From a virus (lineage: Duplodnaviria; Caudoviricetes), in IMG/VR virus record IMGVR_UViG_3300043395_001957, positions 1 through 62,622 of that record: a DNA stretch of 62,622 bases. The stretch is one strand, 5' to 3'. Below, piece after piece: positions 1 to 8,789 of this stretch (positions within the stretch are counted from its first letter, which is position 1; each line of letters starts with the position of its first letter). The translations under genes and the position numbers were made by a program. The notes under the pieces are model-generated. The model saw nothing but the letters and a program-made list of their open reading frames with translations. It was not told the DNA's origin and made no database searches.

Positions 1-117
1 GTTCAGTTTCGCCTGCTCTTACATTTACTGGCATTAGTTATCTACTTTATATGTTTTATTATTAAAACGAACTTTATATACTGTATTAAAGTCCAATGTT
101 CTCCAATCTCCATCTAA
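1..117. repeat. 117 bp terminal direct repeat (circular contig overlap), copy 1
   Basis: Identical to 62506-62622 and to 31661-31777. Confidence 0.97.
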
Positions 118-366
118 TCCAACAACGGGTACATTGTACATATCCATTGCTGCTTTTGTATCAGAACCGCCGGCAATTCCATCACCAATCGGTCCATCTA
201 TCCAATACATATCATAATATCTTTTTCTGCCAGTTTCAGTTATCCAACCTACTCTAACAGGGTTAGAAGGGGTGGCCTGATTCTTTAGAATATCTTCAAA
301 TTCAGAGAAACTTATTTCAGCTGATATGAAGTGTTGTAGTTTACTATGTACGGAGTTACTATTCAT
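34..366 (-). CDS. Conserved hypothetical protein, possible SH3/WYL-like fold
   Basis: Differs from 31694-32026 by one residue despite synonymous changes; C-terminal WRTLDFNTVYKVRF. Confidence 0.7.
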   Translation of the reverse strand: MNSNSVHSKLQHFISAEISFSEFEDILKNQATPSNPVRVGWITETGRKRYYDMYWIDGPIGDGIAGGSDTKAAMDMYNVPVVGLDGDWRTLDFNTVYKVRFNNKTYKVDN

Positions 367-367
367 A

Positions 368-778
368 TTAATCAGTTATTGGGCCTCCAATGACCCATGC
401 ATCACATGTTCTTTTTGCAGCACATTTGAAATCAAAAGCGGTGCATAAAGCTATGTCACCAGCATCAATTGTATCCCATGCATCTTCACCACCAATACCA
501 CTTGCTATACAATCTAATATCTTTTGTGTTTTATCAAAAAATGCACAATTACCACAAAGTGATTTTTTTGCTGCTTCTATATCTCCACTATGAAATTGTT
601 CTGCTTTTGCTTTCCAATAATCCTCATTTGGTTCATTTGGATTTTGTGGTCCATAATGAGCAACTTCAATTGCGTTCTGTCTATTTTTTAGATTAAGAGC
701 AATATCCTGCGTTTCTGGAGGACAAGCTGCTAATCTATATTTTTTTAATTTATCTATTATGGTTTTATTACTTAGCAT
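368..778 (-). CDS. Cys-rich head-region accessory protein (unit A only)
   Basis: CGNCAFF...C...FKC..KRTCDAW pattern; overlaps the protease gene end. Confidence 0.65.
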   Translation of the reverse strand: MLSNKTIIDKLKKYRLAACPPETQDIALNLKNRQNAIEVAHYGPQNPNEPNEDYWKAKAEQFHSGDIEAAKKSLCGNCAFFDKTQKILDCIASGIGGEDAWDTIDAGDIALCTAFDFKCAAKRTCDAWVIGGPITD

Positions 779-1805
779 CTTTCTTTTTTCTTTGTGTTGA
801 TGATTGACCAGGGTATGTCGAGCTGATTGATGGTTGTGCTTCAGCCTCTTCTAATAATCCTAATTCTCTTAATTTATTTCTGCTCCATCCCAATGCTGCT
901 TTTCCACCCCACAACATATATGAAATATAGCCACAATCAGAAGTTGAATCAGCTTGGTCATAATATACCTCTGCTCTACTTAGGTATGAGTGCATTCTTT
1001 TGATGGTTTCAACTGAAATGGGTTCACCATTTGCTAATTGCTGCGCTCTTACTTTGCCCGTTTGGGTTGCACATTTATTACCATTCTTCTCATTTAATTC
1101 TATTCCCTTCTTTGCATTGTTAGATATACCACTACCATAATCAGAGTAAGATTCCATCTCTATTCTCTGCTTCGCTTTATACCTCTTATCCTTCTTTATA
1201 AGCGCTTTAATTTGTCCTAGTAATACTTCCGCTTCATTTTCGGTTAACTCCTCTATATCCTTCTCTAAAGCAAGTTTAACATCACTCTTTTTATGTTCAA
1301 AAAGTCCCTCGATTGAGAAACCCCTGAATGTACCATCTTTAACTTTCTGCCAAACTTTAGGTTCTTCTATTTTATATATTCCAAACCATGTTCCTTTTGG
1401 TAAAGTAAATCCGTATAAGTTTGATTTATCTTTTTTAGATTCTTCAATTATCCAACTTTCAGTAAGATAAACACCTGATGTTTTACTTCCATGTTCTAAT
1501 GTTACTTCATCACCATATTTGTTTTTCATAAACTTTCTGGCAACCATTTCTATGGTCTGTGGAGTGAAGAATACGTGATATCTTTTACCCTCACCATCTA
1601 TACGAAGTATCTTCTTATTCGGCACTAATATAGGACCAGCAACTAATTGCTTTTCATCTGATACTGATTGAAATGATACTTCTTTGTTTAACCAAACGAA
1701 ATCTCTTTCAATAGCCGGACTTTCTACTAAAGAATTAGCAAATACACCATCTTCATCATCTTGTAAGATTAGTTCGTATAATTCTTCTGTGTTATCTTTT
1801 ATCAT
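768..1805 (-). CDS. XkdF-like putative prohead serine protease with C-terminal accessory domain
   Basis: EKQLVAGPILVPNKKI, TLEH, ESWI, LPKGTW and GFSIEG motifs. Confidence 0.8.
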   Translation of the reverse strand: MIKDNTEELYELILQDDEDGVFANSLVESPAIERDFVWLNKEVSFQSVSDEKQLVAGPILVPNKKILRIDGEGKRYHVFFTPQTIEMVARKFMKNKYGDEVTLEHGSKTSGVYLTESWIIEESKKDKSNLYGFTLPKGTWFGIYKIEEPKVWQKVKDGTFRGFSIEGLFEHKKSDVKLALEKDIEELTENEAEVLLGQIKALIKKDKRYKAKQRIEMESYSDYGSGISNNAKKGIELNEKNGNKCATQTGKVRAQQLANGEPISVETIKRMHSYLSRAEVYYDQADSTSDCGYISYMLWGGKAALGWSRNKLRELGLLEEAEAQPSISSTYPGQSSTQRKKKDAK

Positions 1806-1830
1806 ACCTATTTAACATTTAAAAATTTAT

Positions 1831-3951
1831 TTATCCACCAGTAAAGGTAGCTGCTCTGCTAGTTCTTCTATCTAAAGCCTGTTGTGAACTAACCTCTCCA
1901 CTTACTACATATGCTTTCAATGGTGCTCTTGCTACAGATATTGTTTCAGCAATTTGTGTAGTTGGATTCATACCACCTTGTGTTTGTATTTGTGGTGCTG
2001 CTGCTCCTGCTACTCTCGGTGCTGCAATTGATGGTGCAGATGAGGCACTTCCACCACCTCCACCTTGCACACCAGCTTGTGCAGCTGCTTTATTAATTTC
2101 AGATATTGATTTAACTGCTCCAGCTACTGATGCTGCAATAGATAAACCTGCTGATACGGTATTGATTGCTACCCACGGCATACCAAATGTTAATGGTGAT
2201 GCTGCTACTGCTTTAGCGTTAGCGATACCTGTTGATGCGATAATCTGTCCAATTGATGCTGCCTGTTGTATAATTACAGCAGCGATTGCTAATGCTTTAT
2301 TCTTTCCTGCTACCTGTCCTAACACATTTCCGAATTGTTGGAATAGGCCTAAGTAAGCCATATTTATTTCATGCTTAGCTTGTGTTGCTGCTTTTTCAGT
2401 TGCAATCTCTTGGTCAGTTATAGCTTTTCTAGCATCAGCATATTTCTTACGAATTTCTGTTTTGTTAAACTCTGTTAATTCTGTATTAGCTAATTCAGTT
2501 GCTTCCTGCTCTGCAAGGATACTTCTTTGTTCTGCTAAACGAGCTAAATCCTGCTCAAAATCAAATTCAACTAATTGATTTTGTCTATCTAAATCTTCTA
2601 ATTTAGCTTGTAACCCAGTAAGTATAATACCTCTTTCTTCTTCTTGCTGTTTTTTAAGTTCTTCTTTTTTCTTCTCATCAATCTCTTTTTGTTTAGCTGA
2701 ATCTTCTTCGGCAAACTTAGTTCTCATTGTTGTGAGTTCTGCCTGTCTACCTGCTTCTAATAATGCGGTATCTTGATTATATTTTACAGCAGTTGCAACT
2801 AATGATGAATACTTCTGATTGATTTCATATTCAGTTCTTTCTCTTTCAGTTAAAGTTGCTTTAAACGCATCTTCTTCACCTTTACGGATTTCAGCTAATT
2901 CACTCTCTCTTAATCTTCTTTGTTCCTCAATTTCTTTTTCTTTCTCTTGCTGATTTTTTTCTCTTTTAGCCTTTGCTCTATCAGCTGCTTCTTTAGCTGC
3001 TGCCTCTTCTTCTTTACGCTCTTCAGCTCTAGCATTATAGCCAGTTGCCAAATAATCAGCGTATGCATCTTTTGTAGCCTGCTGTCTCTTATCTAAATTA
3101 TCCTGAAGTTTCTTAAATGTTTCAGCATCTACTTTACCTAAGTTCTCATTATATGTTTTTACTGCTTCTTGCTCTGCAGCAAATGCAGCTTGATAATCTG
3201 CATAAGATTGGTCGATATTATATTTACGAATTTCAGCTTCAGATTTACCTTGCGCTTTCATTTGTGCAAGTGTAACTTTTCTTCTATTCTCTGCTGATTT
3301 TTGGTTTAAATCTAATAAAGCCTGTTGTGATTCTAATGCGGCATTTGTTTTATCAATTGCTCTTTGTAATTCCTTTTCACCCGTTGCAGTTTTATACAAC
3401 TCCGTAGCCATTTCAGATAAAGCAGATACTGCAAAACCGATAGCAACAACGATAGCACCAATACCTGTAGCGGTTAATGCTGCTGCAAATGCTCTAGCAC
3501 CAACTGCAGCCTGTCCTTCTGCTATACCAATTGCTGTAAATGATTTTGCTAAGAATCCGTTTATTACGGTATATACTTTTGTTACACCTGTAAGTTCACC
3601 AATACCCTTTGCAGTATCAACTATATCATTACCTAACTCTACAAATGATGCTTGAATGTTAGATATCTTAATACCACTAAATTGTTTTAAAGTTGCAATT
3701 GTACCACCAACTTGATTTCCAATAGCACCAATAGGACCTGGTAGTTTACCCAATACATCAGCGAAGTTACCCGCACCTGCTCTTGCCCCTACTAAAGAGT
3801 CGTTAACATCATCAATCTGTCTTTGTAGATTAATAAACTCCTGAGAACCTACCGCAGTTTCTTTCAACTGCTTTTTTAATTCTCTAAGTTGTGCTATTGA
3901 TGGTTCAATGTTGGTTTGAATATCAACTTCTACTTCAATTTTTTCTGCCAT
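1831..3951 (-). CDS. Tail tape measure protein
   Basis: 706 aa, coiled coils and Ala/Gly hydrophobic segments, C-terminal AYVVSGEVSSQQALD. Confidence 0.8.
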   Translation of the reverse strand: MAEKIEVEVDIQTNIEPSIAQLRELKKQLKETAVGSQEFINLQRQIDDVNDSLVGARAGAGNFADVLGKLPGPIGAIGNQVGGTIATLKQFSGIKISNIQASFVELGNDIVDTAKGIGELTGVTKVYTVINGFLAKSFTAIGIAEGQAAVGARAFAAALTATGIGAIVVAIGFAVSALSEMATELYKTATGEKELQRAIDKTNAALESQQALLDLNQKSAENRRKVTLAQMKAQGKSEAEIRKYNIDQSYADYQAAFAAEQEAVKTYNENLGKVDAETFKKLQDNLDKRQQATKDAYADYLATGYNARAEERKEEEAAAKEAADRAKAKREKNQQEKEKEIEEQRRLRESELAEIRKGEEDAFKATLTERERTEYEINQKYSSLVATAVKYNQDTALLEAGRQAELTTMRTKFAEEDSAKQKEIDEKKKEELKKQQEEERGIILTGLQAKLEDLDRQNQLVEFDFEQDLARLAEQRSILAEQEATELANTELTEFNKTEIRKKYADARKAITDQEIATEKAATQAKHEINMAYLGLFQQFGNVLGQVAGKNKALAIAAVIIQQAASIGQIIASTGIANAKAVAASPLTFGMPWVAINTVSAGLSIAASVAGAVKSISEINKAAAQAGVQGGGGGSASSAPSIAAPRVAGAAAPQIQTQGGMNPTTQIAETISVARAPLKAYVVSGEVSSQQALDRRTSRAATFTGG

Positions 3952-4144
3952 AGGTATTCTTTATTTTATCCCATATACTTGTCCAAGTAACTACCTTTCT
4001 ATTGGTTTTATTATGTCTTTTTATTTTTCTAAAAGCATCTTTCCAACCATTTGGTAGTTCATTCTTCCCCTTAGCTATATCTACTCTTTCAGATACGCCA
4101 TAATAATCGCTTAAGGATAATAGTTCAATTACATTTTTTATCAT
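3935..4144 (-). CDS. Conserved small hypothetical protein
   Basis: Homolog at 35325-35534; late-promoter motif upstream. Confidence 0.7.
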   Translation of the reverse strand: MIKNVIELLSLSDYYGVSERVDIAKGKNELPNGWKDAFRKIKRHNKTNRKVVTWTSIWDKIKNTYGRKN

Positions 4145-4166
4145 ATAGACTTAACATTTAGTTTTA

Positions 4167-5018
4167 TTAAAATAAGTGAAGGTAGTCCGAATGATTTCCC
4201 CAATAGGGATGTGTGCTTATTAAATTATCCTTTTTATAAATCGAAAAATGTGATGTAAAGTGTGAGCCGTGATTGATGTGTATAGATTGATTTGGTGCTT
4301 CCCATTGCTTTCGTATCATATTTTGGTTTTCTATCATACCACTATTAGTTACTAAAGCATTACCTAATATGTGATGAAAGTGCTCTAACGCATCATCTAC
4401 TCTCATTATCATCTGATGCATAGGTTCATCATCTTGTCCCCTTTGTTGCCAACCATCTTTATTTATACCACCATAATTCATATTTGTCCAAATCTCACCA
4501 CTACCAAAATCAGGGTAATCAAAATATCCTTTTGGATACATTACATCATGCTCTAAAAACGAAACATATTCATAATCATTCATTGTTTTAGCAGTGTATA
4601 TACATTGTAATATCTGCAACAATTGATTTAAATGTGATGAGTTTCTATTCCAACTAATTACTTCGTGAAATGGATTAGAATCTATTCTATTCCAAACACA
4701 CGTTACAATATCAGCTTTACCTTCTGCTGCTATTTGTATAGTTTCTAATGATTTTTTTACTGCCGGATGGTTGGTTGTATCGTTTGAATACCAAATTCCT
4801 AGTCTATTTGTTTCCGATTTAGGATATACAAATGTAGAGCCTTCCATAATACGCTCTCTAACCCCATTTATTTCCATTTCTAGCCACTTTATAACGCCTG
4901 GCTTAGTATCACCTATCAAATTATTATCTGCTCTTAAAATCAATCTATCACCCTTTATAAGCGATTTAATTTTATCTAAGCAATCAACATCACCATATGT
5001 TGCATAGGTTATATTCAT
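4167..5018 (-). CDS. Putative glycosyltransferase with N-terminal lectin-like (SUEL/DUF3395-like) domain
   Basis: N-terminal ATYG..D...ADNNLIGDTKPGVIKWL; GT-A-like YVSFLEHDVMY. Confidence 0.6.
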   Translation of the reverse strand: MNITYATYGDVDCLDKIKSLIKGDRLILRADNNLIGDTKPGVIKWLEMEINGVRERIMEGSTFVYPKSETNRLGIWYSNDTTNHPAVKKSLETIQIAAEGKADIVTCVWNRIDSNPFHEVISWNRNSSHLNQLLQILQCIYTAKTMNDYEYVSFLEHDVMYPKGYFDYPDFGSGEIWTNMNYGGINKDGWQQRGQDDEPMHQMIMRVDDALEHFHHILGNALVTNSGMIENQNMIRKQWEAPNQSIHINHGSHFTSHFSIYKKDNLISTHPYWGNHSDYLHLF

Positions 5019-5956
5019 TTCAATACTGATTTAGATGCTGTTTTTTGTATCCAATCCCAATATCTTCTACTTGCTGTATTCTCTTTGATATTTAATTCTT
5101 TATCATATGGTAATTCGCTCATCCATTGTGCTTTGTAAAATAGTCCATCATTTGGTGATGTTACACCAGCGTTATGCATAATGTTTAATCTAAAATAATC
5201 CGCTTCTGATGAAGTTCCCCAACTGAAATCAAATTCAGGCAAACAATTTGTTTTCCACCCCCTTCTCCATGCACCCCAAAGAACTGCCCACATATCCGAA
5301 CACCATATTTGTAGTTCGTGATAAGTAGGATTCTCCTTTTTGATTTCGTTATTTAATTCAGTTACCTGTTTGAATAATTGTTCACAATCTCTTTCAACTC
5401 TATCCCAAAATTCATAATCAACACCTTTCATCAAATACTGCGCACCAATAGCGTTCATTTCGTTGTCTCTAATCAATGATTCTGGCAAATCCATAATCTC
5501 ACACATCTTATCAATTATCTGCTGACCTTTGCCAACTATGTAAGAATGTGCTATATACCAACGGGTATCTGAACCATACCATTCTTCATCGTTTCTTATA
5601 TCAGTACTAATCCATTCAGAAATTGATTTAGAAAATATGATATCTGAATCGTGATAGAAGATTGCTTCATCTTTTAAATAAGGATGAGCTGCCCAATGTT
5701 GTTTAAGAATATTAGGTCTGATTGATGAAATGTAATGTTTGGTTTCTCTCGTATCGTTATAGAAAAAGAAACGAGCCGGATATCCGTTAGCCAACTTTGA
5801 CCATTCTTCAGGTATTACTCCGTTTTGTTTCCAACATACAATATCTATGAAGTTTGGATTTACACCCATCTCCATAAAATTATTTAGCATTACTTCAACT
5901 TGCCAAGCGTAATATAGTGTGGCTGGTTGTGCGCATACAAATCTTAATTCTTTCAT
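5015..5956 (-). CDS. Putative peptidyl O-glycosyltransferase (HPAT/SERGT1-like, GT-A fold)
   Basis: YYAWQ, YISSIRP..LKQ, FYHDSDIIF, WCSDMW and IMHNAG motifs in the order of plant GT95/GT96 motifs. Confidence 0.65.
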   Translation of the reverse strand: MKELRFVCAQPATLYYAWQVEVMLNNFMEMGVNPNFIDIVCWKQNGVIPEEWSKLANGYPARFFFYNDTRETKHYISSIRPNILKQHWAAHPYLKDEAIFYHDSDIIFSKSISEWISTDIRNDEEWYGSDTRWYIAHSYIVGKGQQIIDKMCEIMDLPESLIRDNEMNAIGAQYLMKGVDYEFWDRVERDCEQLFKQVTELNNEIKKENPTYHELQIWCSDMWAVLWGAWRRGWKTNCLPEFDFSWGTSSEADYFRLNIMHNAGVTSPNDGLFYKAQWMSELPYDKELNIKENTASRRYWDWIQKTASKSVLK

Positions 5957-5983
5957 ATAATTTAAAATATAACTTTTTACTTT

Positions 5984-7276
5984 TTAACATTGTTCTGATG
6001 AATATGCAGTTACCTGACCTGTTGATGAGTTTATATCCCAATTCGCACCATTCATAAATATGTAACTATATCCTGTCAGAGGATTAGGGAAAGTATCTAC
6101 ATAAACAAAACATCCAACACCAAAAGTACTACTATTACAGTCTGAATAGAATGTTCTACTATTTGGTGCATCATTACAAGCGGCTGCTACACTATTACCT
6201 CTACCACATCCAGTAAATTCATAAATTCCAGCAGGTAAAGTTGTAGTGGTTGTAGTCGGTGCTGCAGTTGTGGTTGTAGTGGTTGTAGTTGTTGGACAAG
6301 TTCCACAAGTCAAACTCCAATCTGCTGCATCTGATGTAGGATTGAATGGGTCTGCGTTTCCGTATTCAACTAAAACATATCTTCCAGATGTAGAATTAAA
6401 TTGATAATTAAATGAGCCATTAGGAGTTACATTAAGTGATGCTCCCCAAGGACCTGCGTAATTAGCGTATCCTACCCATCCTGATGTACCAATTAATCCA
6501 GTCGAATCGTAAAGATTAAATCTATTAGGTCTATCAATTGCATCATATACAAATGTACCACATTGTGCAGAAGTTGAACAAACATCTCTAGTCGGATATG
6601 AACCCTGCGATGTAGCAGATGTTTCAAATCTAACATTTCCATTATTACAAGAGTAGCAAGCTTGTGTTGTTGTAGTTGTAGATGTTGTTGTTGTAGTTGT
6701 AGATGTTGTAGTTGTAGTTCCGCCTGGCACATATAATACACCATTAGATGGTGCTGATTCACACCCATTTGAACATATAGTAATAATTCTATAATATGTT
6801 GATGATATAGGTGCAGGAATTGTTCTTGGAGAAGTACAACCTCCGGTATTATTTCCACCCCATGTTATATTATCAGATGAAGTTTGTATTGTAGTTGCAA
6901 TACATCCACCACAAGAACCTGTTTGGAATGCAATATTAATATTTCCACCGCCAGCATCCGTAATTGATGTTATGCTTCCTGTACAACATGGTGCGCATGT
7001 TGTTGTAGTTGTAGATGTTGTAGTAGTAGTTGTAGGATTTATAATTTGAATTTCAGAATTACTTCCACAACCAATTGTTTGGTTAACTAATTTTAAACAC
7101 TCTATATTATCAGGTACTGTTATAATCGCAGTGCTTCCTACATTTGGTAAAAATACATTACTACCATCTATACATAAGGTATAGTTTATACAATCTAATG
7201 AATAAAATACATTATATAATGGACCTGAATTAGTTCCTTTCGATGTTAATGTTATTTGTCTATTTATGTTTGGCAT
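5984..7276 (-). CDS. Mucin-like Thr/Cys-rich putative virion protein
   Basis: Three poly-Thr stalks separating Cys-rich domains; lies in the tail operon. Confidence 0.7.
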   Translation of the reverse strand: MPNINRQITLTSKGTNSGPLYNVFYSLDCINYTLCIDGSNVFLPNVGSTAIITVPDNIECLKLVNQTIGCGSNSEIQIINPTTTTTTSTTTTTCAPCCTGSITSITDAGGGNINIAFQTGSCGGCIATTIQTSSDNITWGGNNTGGCTSPRTIPAPISSTYYRIITICSNGCESAPSNGVLYVPGGTTTTTSTTTTTTSTTTTTQACYSCNNGNVRFETSATSQGSYPTRDVCSTSAQCGTFVYDAIDRPNRFNLYDSTGLIGTSGWVGYANYAGPWGASLNVTPNGSFNYQFNSTSGRYVLVEYGNADPFNPTSDAADWSLTCGTCPTTTTTTTTTAAPTTTTTTLPAGIYEFTGCGRGNSVAAACNDAPNSRTFYSDCNSSTFGVGCFVYVDTFPNPLTGYSYIFMNGANWDINSSTGQVTAYSSEQC

Positions 7277-7285
7277 ATTCTTATA

Positions 7286-8788
7286 TTATATACTTCCTGA
7301 ATATCTATTTCTATCTGCATTCCAGTTTTGTGATATTTCACCTGCAGATAATCTTCTATTATAAATTCTACAAATACCAACATTACCACTCCATTGTGCG
7401 TCTTGACCATCATTTCCAGGCATTAATAAACTACCTGTTCCATACAAACTCACATAATTACCTAAACCATAATTTGCAACAAAATTACCATCTATATATA
7501 TTTCATTTAGTTTTGTTACAGATGATGTAACAAATGTAGATGATGTTACAGCTGTAATTACAACCTGATGCCAATTATTTACAGATAATTCTGCATTTAA
7601 TCCGTTTTTATATAATGTAAATGAGGCTGTGTCTGGTGTTCCACCTGTTGGTGAAGTTCCTCTAATTAAAGATGATGCCGAACCTGAATAAAGTCCTAAA
7701 ACGTCAGAATATAACGCTGAATTAATTTCTCTATCATCAGGTACACCTTCTGAACCAAATATAAAGTTATTAAATATAGCAGGTGATGAAGATGTTTCAG
7801 TTCCGAAGAAAGGTCTATTAATCCATATTTCAAATGTACTTCCTGTTACTGTAGTAACATCACTAAATAATCTATTTGTTCTAATAGCAGAGCCGGTAAA
7901 GTTCATATATGATGCATTACCATTCGATACAAAATTTGTACTACCAGAAATTATACTACCAGTAACTAATGAAACTAAATCAGTAATAGATGAGCCACTA
8001 CCAGGATAAGATGGGGTTTTACCAAAATCATAATACAATTGTATAGATTGTGTTACATAATCTCCAGGTGCAGTTGTTGTAGTTGTAGTAGTTGGACCTG
8101 CTGTGGTTGTTGTGGTGCTCGTAGTCGATGTAGTACTTGTAGTGCTCGTAGTCGATGTAGTAGTTGTTGTGGTACTAGTAGTAGAAGTAGTTGTCGTTGT
8201 TGGAGCAGCAGTTGTCGTAGTTGTTGTTATGACAGACGATGTAAAATTAAAACCACACAATAATTCATTTAAAGTAAGTGTATCAGGTAATATCGGCCCT
8301 AACAATTGTAAATTACAAGTGCCATCTTTTAGAGAATAATCATTAATTGCTCTTAGATGATAATAGTTACCTCTGAAGTTGACAACATCATTCAATTCCA
8401 TTTTAGTATAATCAGCCAATGGAATAATTGCAGAGCAATTTACTAATCTCGTTTTAGGATTGTATAAAAGTGATATATAAGTTTCCCAATAATTTGTATA
8501 AAGTGAGTTCGCTGGTACTGTACCATATGATGCAGCTTCATTATTAAAAAGTAAAGATAAAGAGTTTTCGGTTGGAAAACTGCCACTTACAACATTATAA
8601 TTATCAAAATATGGAAACTTATCTTGCGCATAAGTAACACCACCGATTGCTGCTGAACCGCTTTCTAACCACCATTGTTCACACTCTACCATTCCATTAA
8701 AAAAGAATAAACGTGGTAACACTCTCGATGGTTTGTATGCTGCATCGGAGATATAAGTTGGTATGTATATAGGAATTATCTGACTCAT
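7286..8788 (-). CDS. Tail-tip protein (hub C-terminal part) plus Thr stalk plus LamG/ConA-like domain
   Basis: SLYTNYWETYISLLYNPKTRL..ELNDVV..YHLRAINDY; WHQVV..IYIDG..RIYNRRLS. Start set to MSQIIPIY by homology to 40831-42798. Confidence 0.7.
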   Translation of the reverse strand: MSQIIPIYIPTYISDAAYKPSRVLPRLFFFNGMVECEQWWLESGSAAIGGVTYAQDKFPYFDNYNVVSGSFPTENSLSLLFNNEAASYGTVPANSLYTNYWETYISLLYNPKTRLVNCSAIIPLADYTKMELNDVVNFRGNYYHLRAINDYSLKDGTCNLQLLGPILPDTLTLNELLCGFNFTSSVITTTTTTAAPTTTTTSTTSTTTTTTSTTSTTSTTSTTSTTTTTAGPTTTTTTTAPGDYVTQSIQLYYDFGKTPSYPGSGSSITDLVSLVTGSIISGSTNFVSNGNASYMNFTGSAIRTNRLFSDVTTVTGSTFEIWINRPFFGTETSSSPAIFNNFIFGSEGVPDDREINSALYSDVLGLYSGSASSLIRGTSPTGGTPDTASFTLYKNGLNAELSVNNWHQVVITAVTSSTFVTSSVTKLNEIYIDGNFVANYGLGNYVSLYGTGSLLMPGNDGQDAQWSGNVGICRIYNRRLSAGEISQNWNADRNRYSGSI

Positions 8789-8789
8789 A

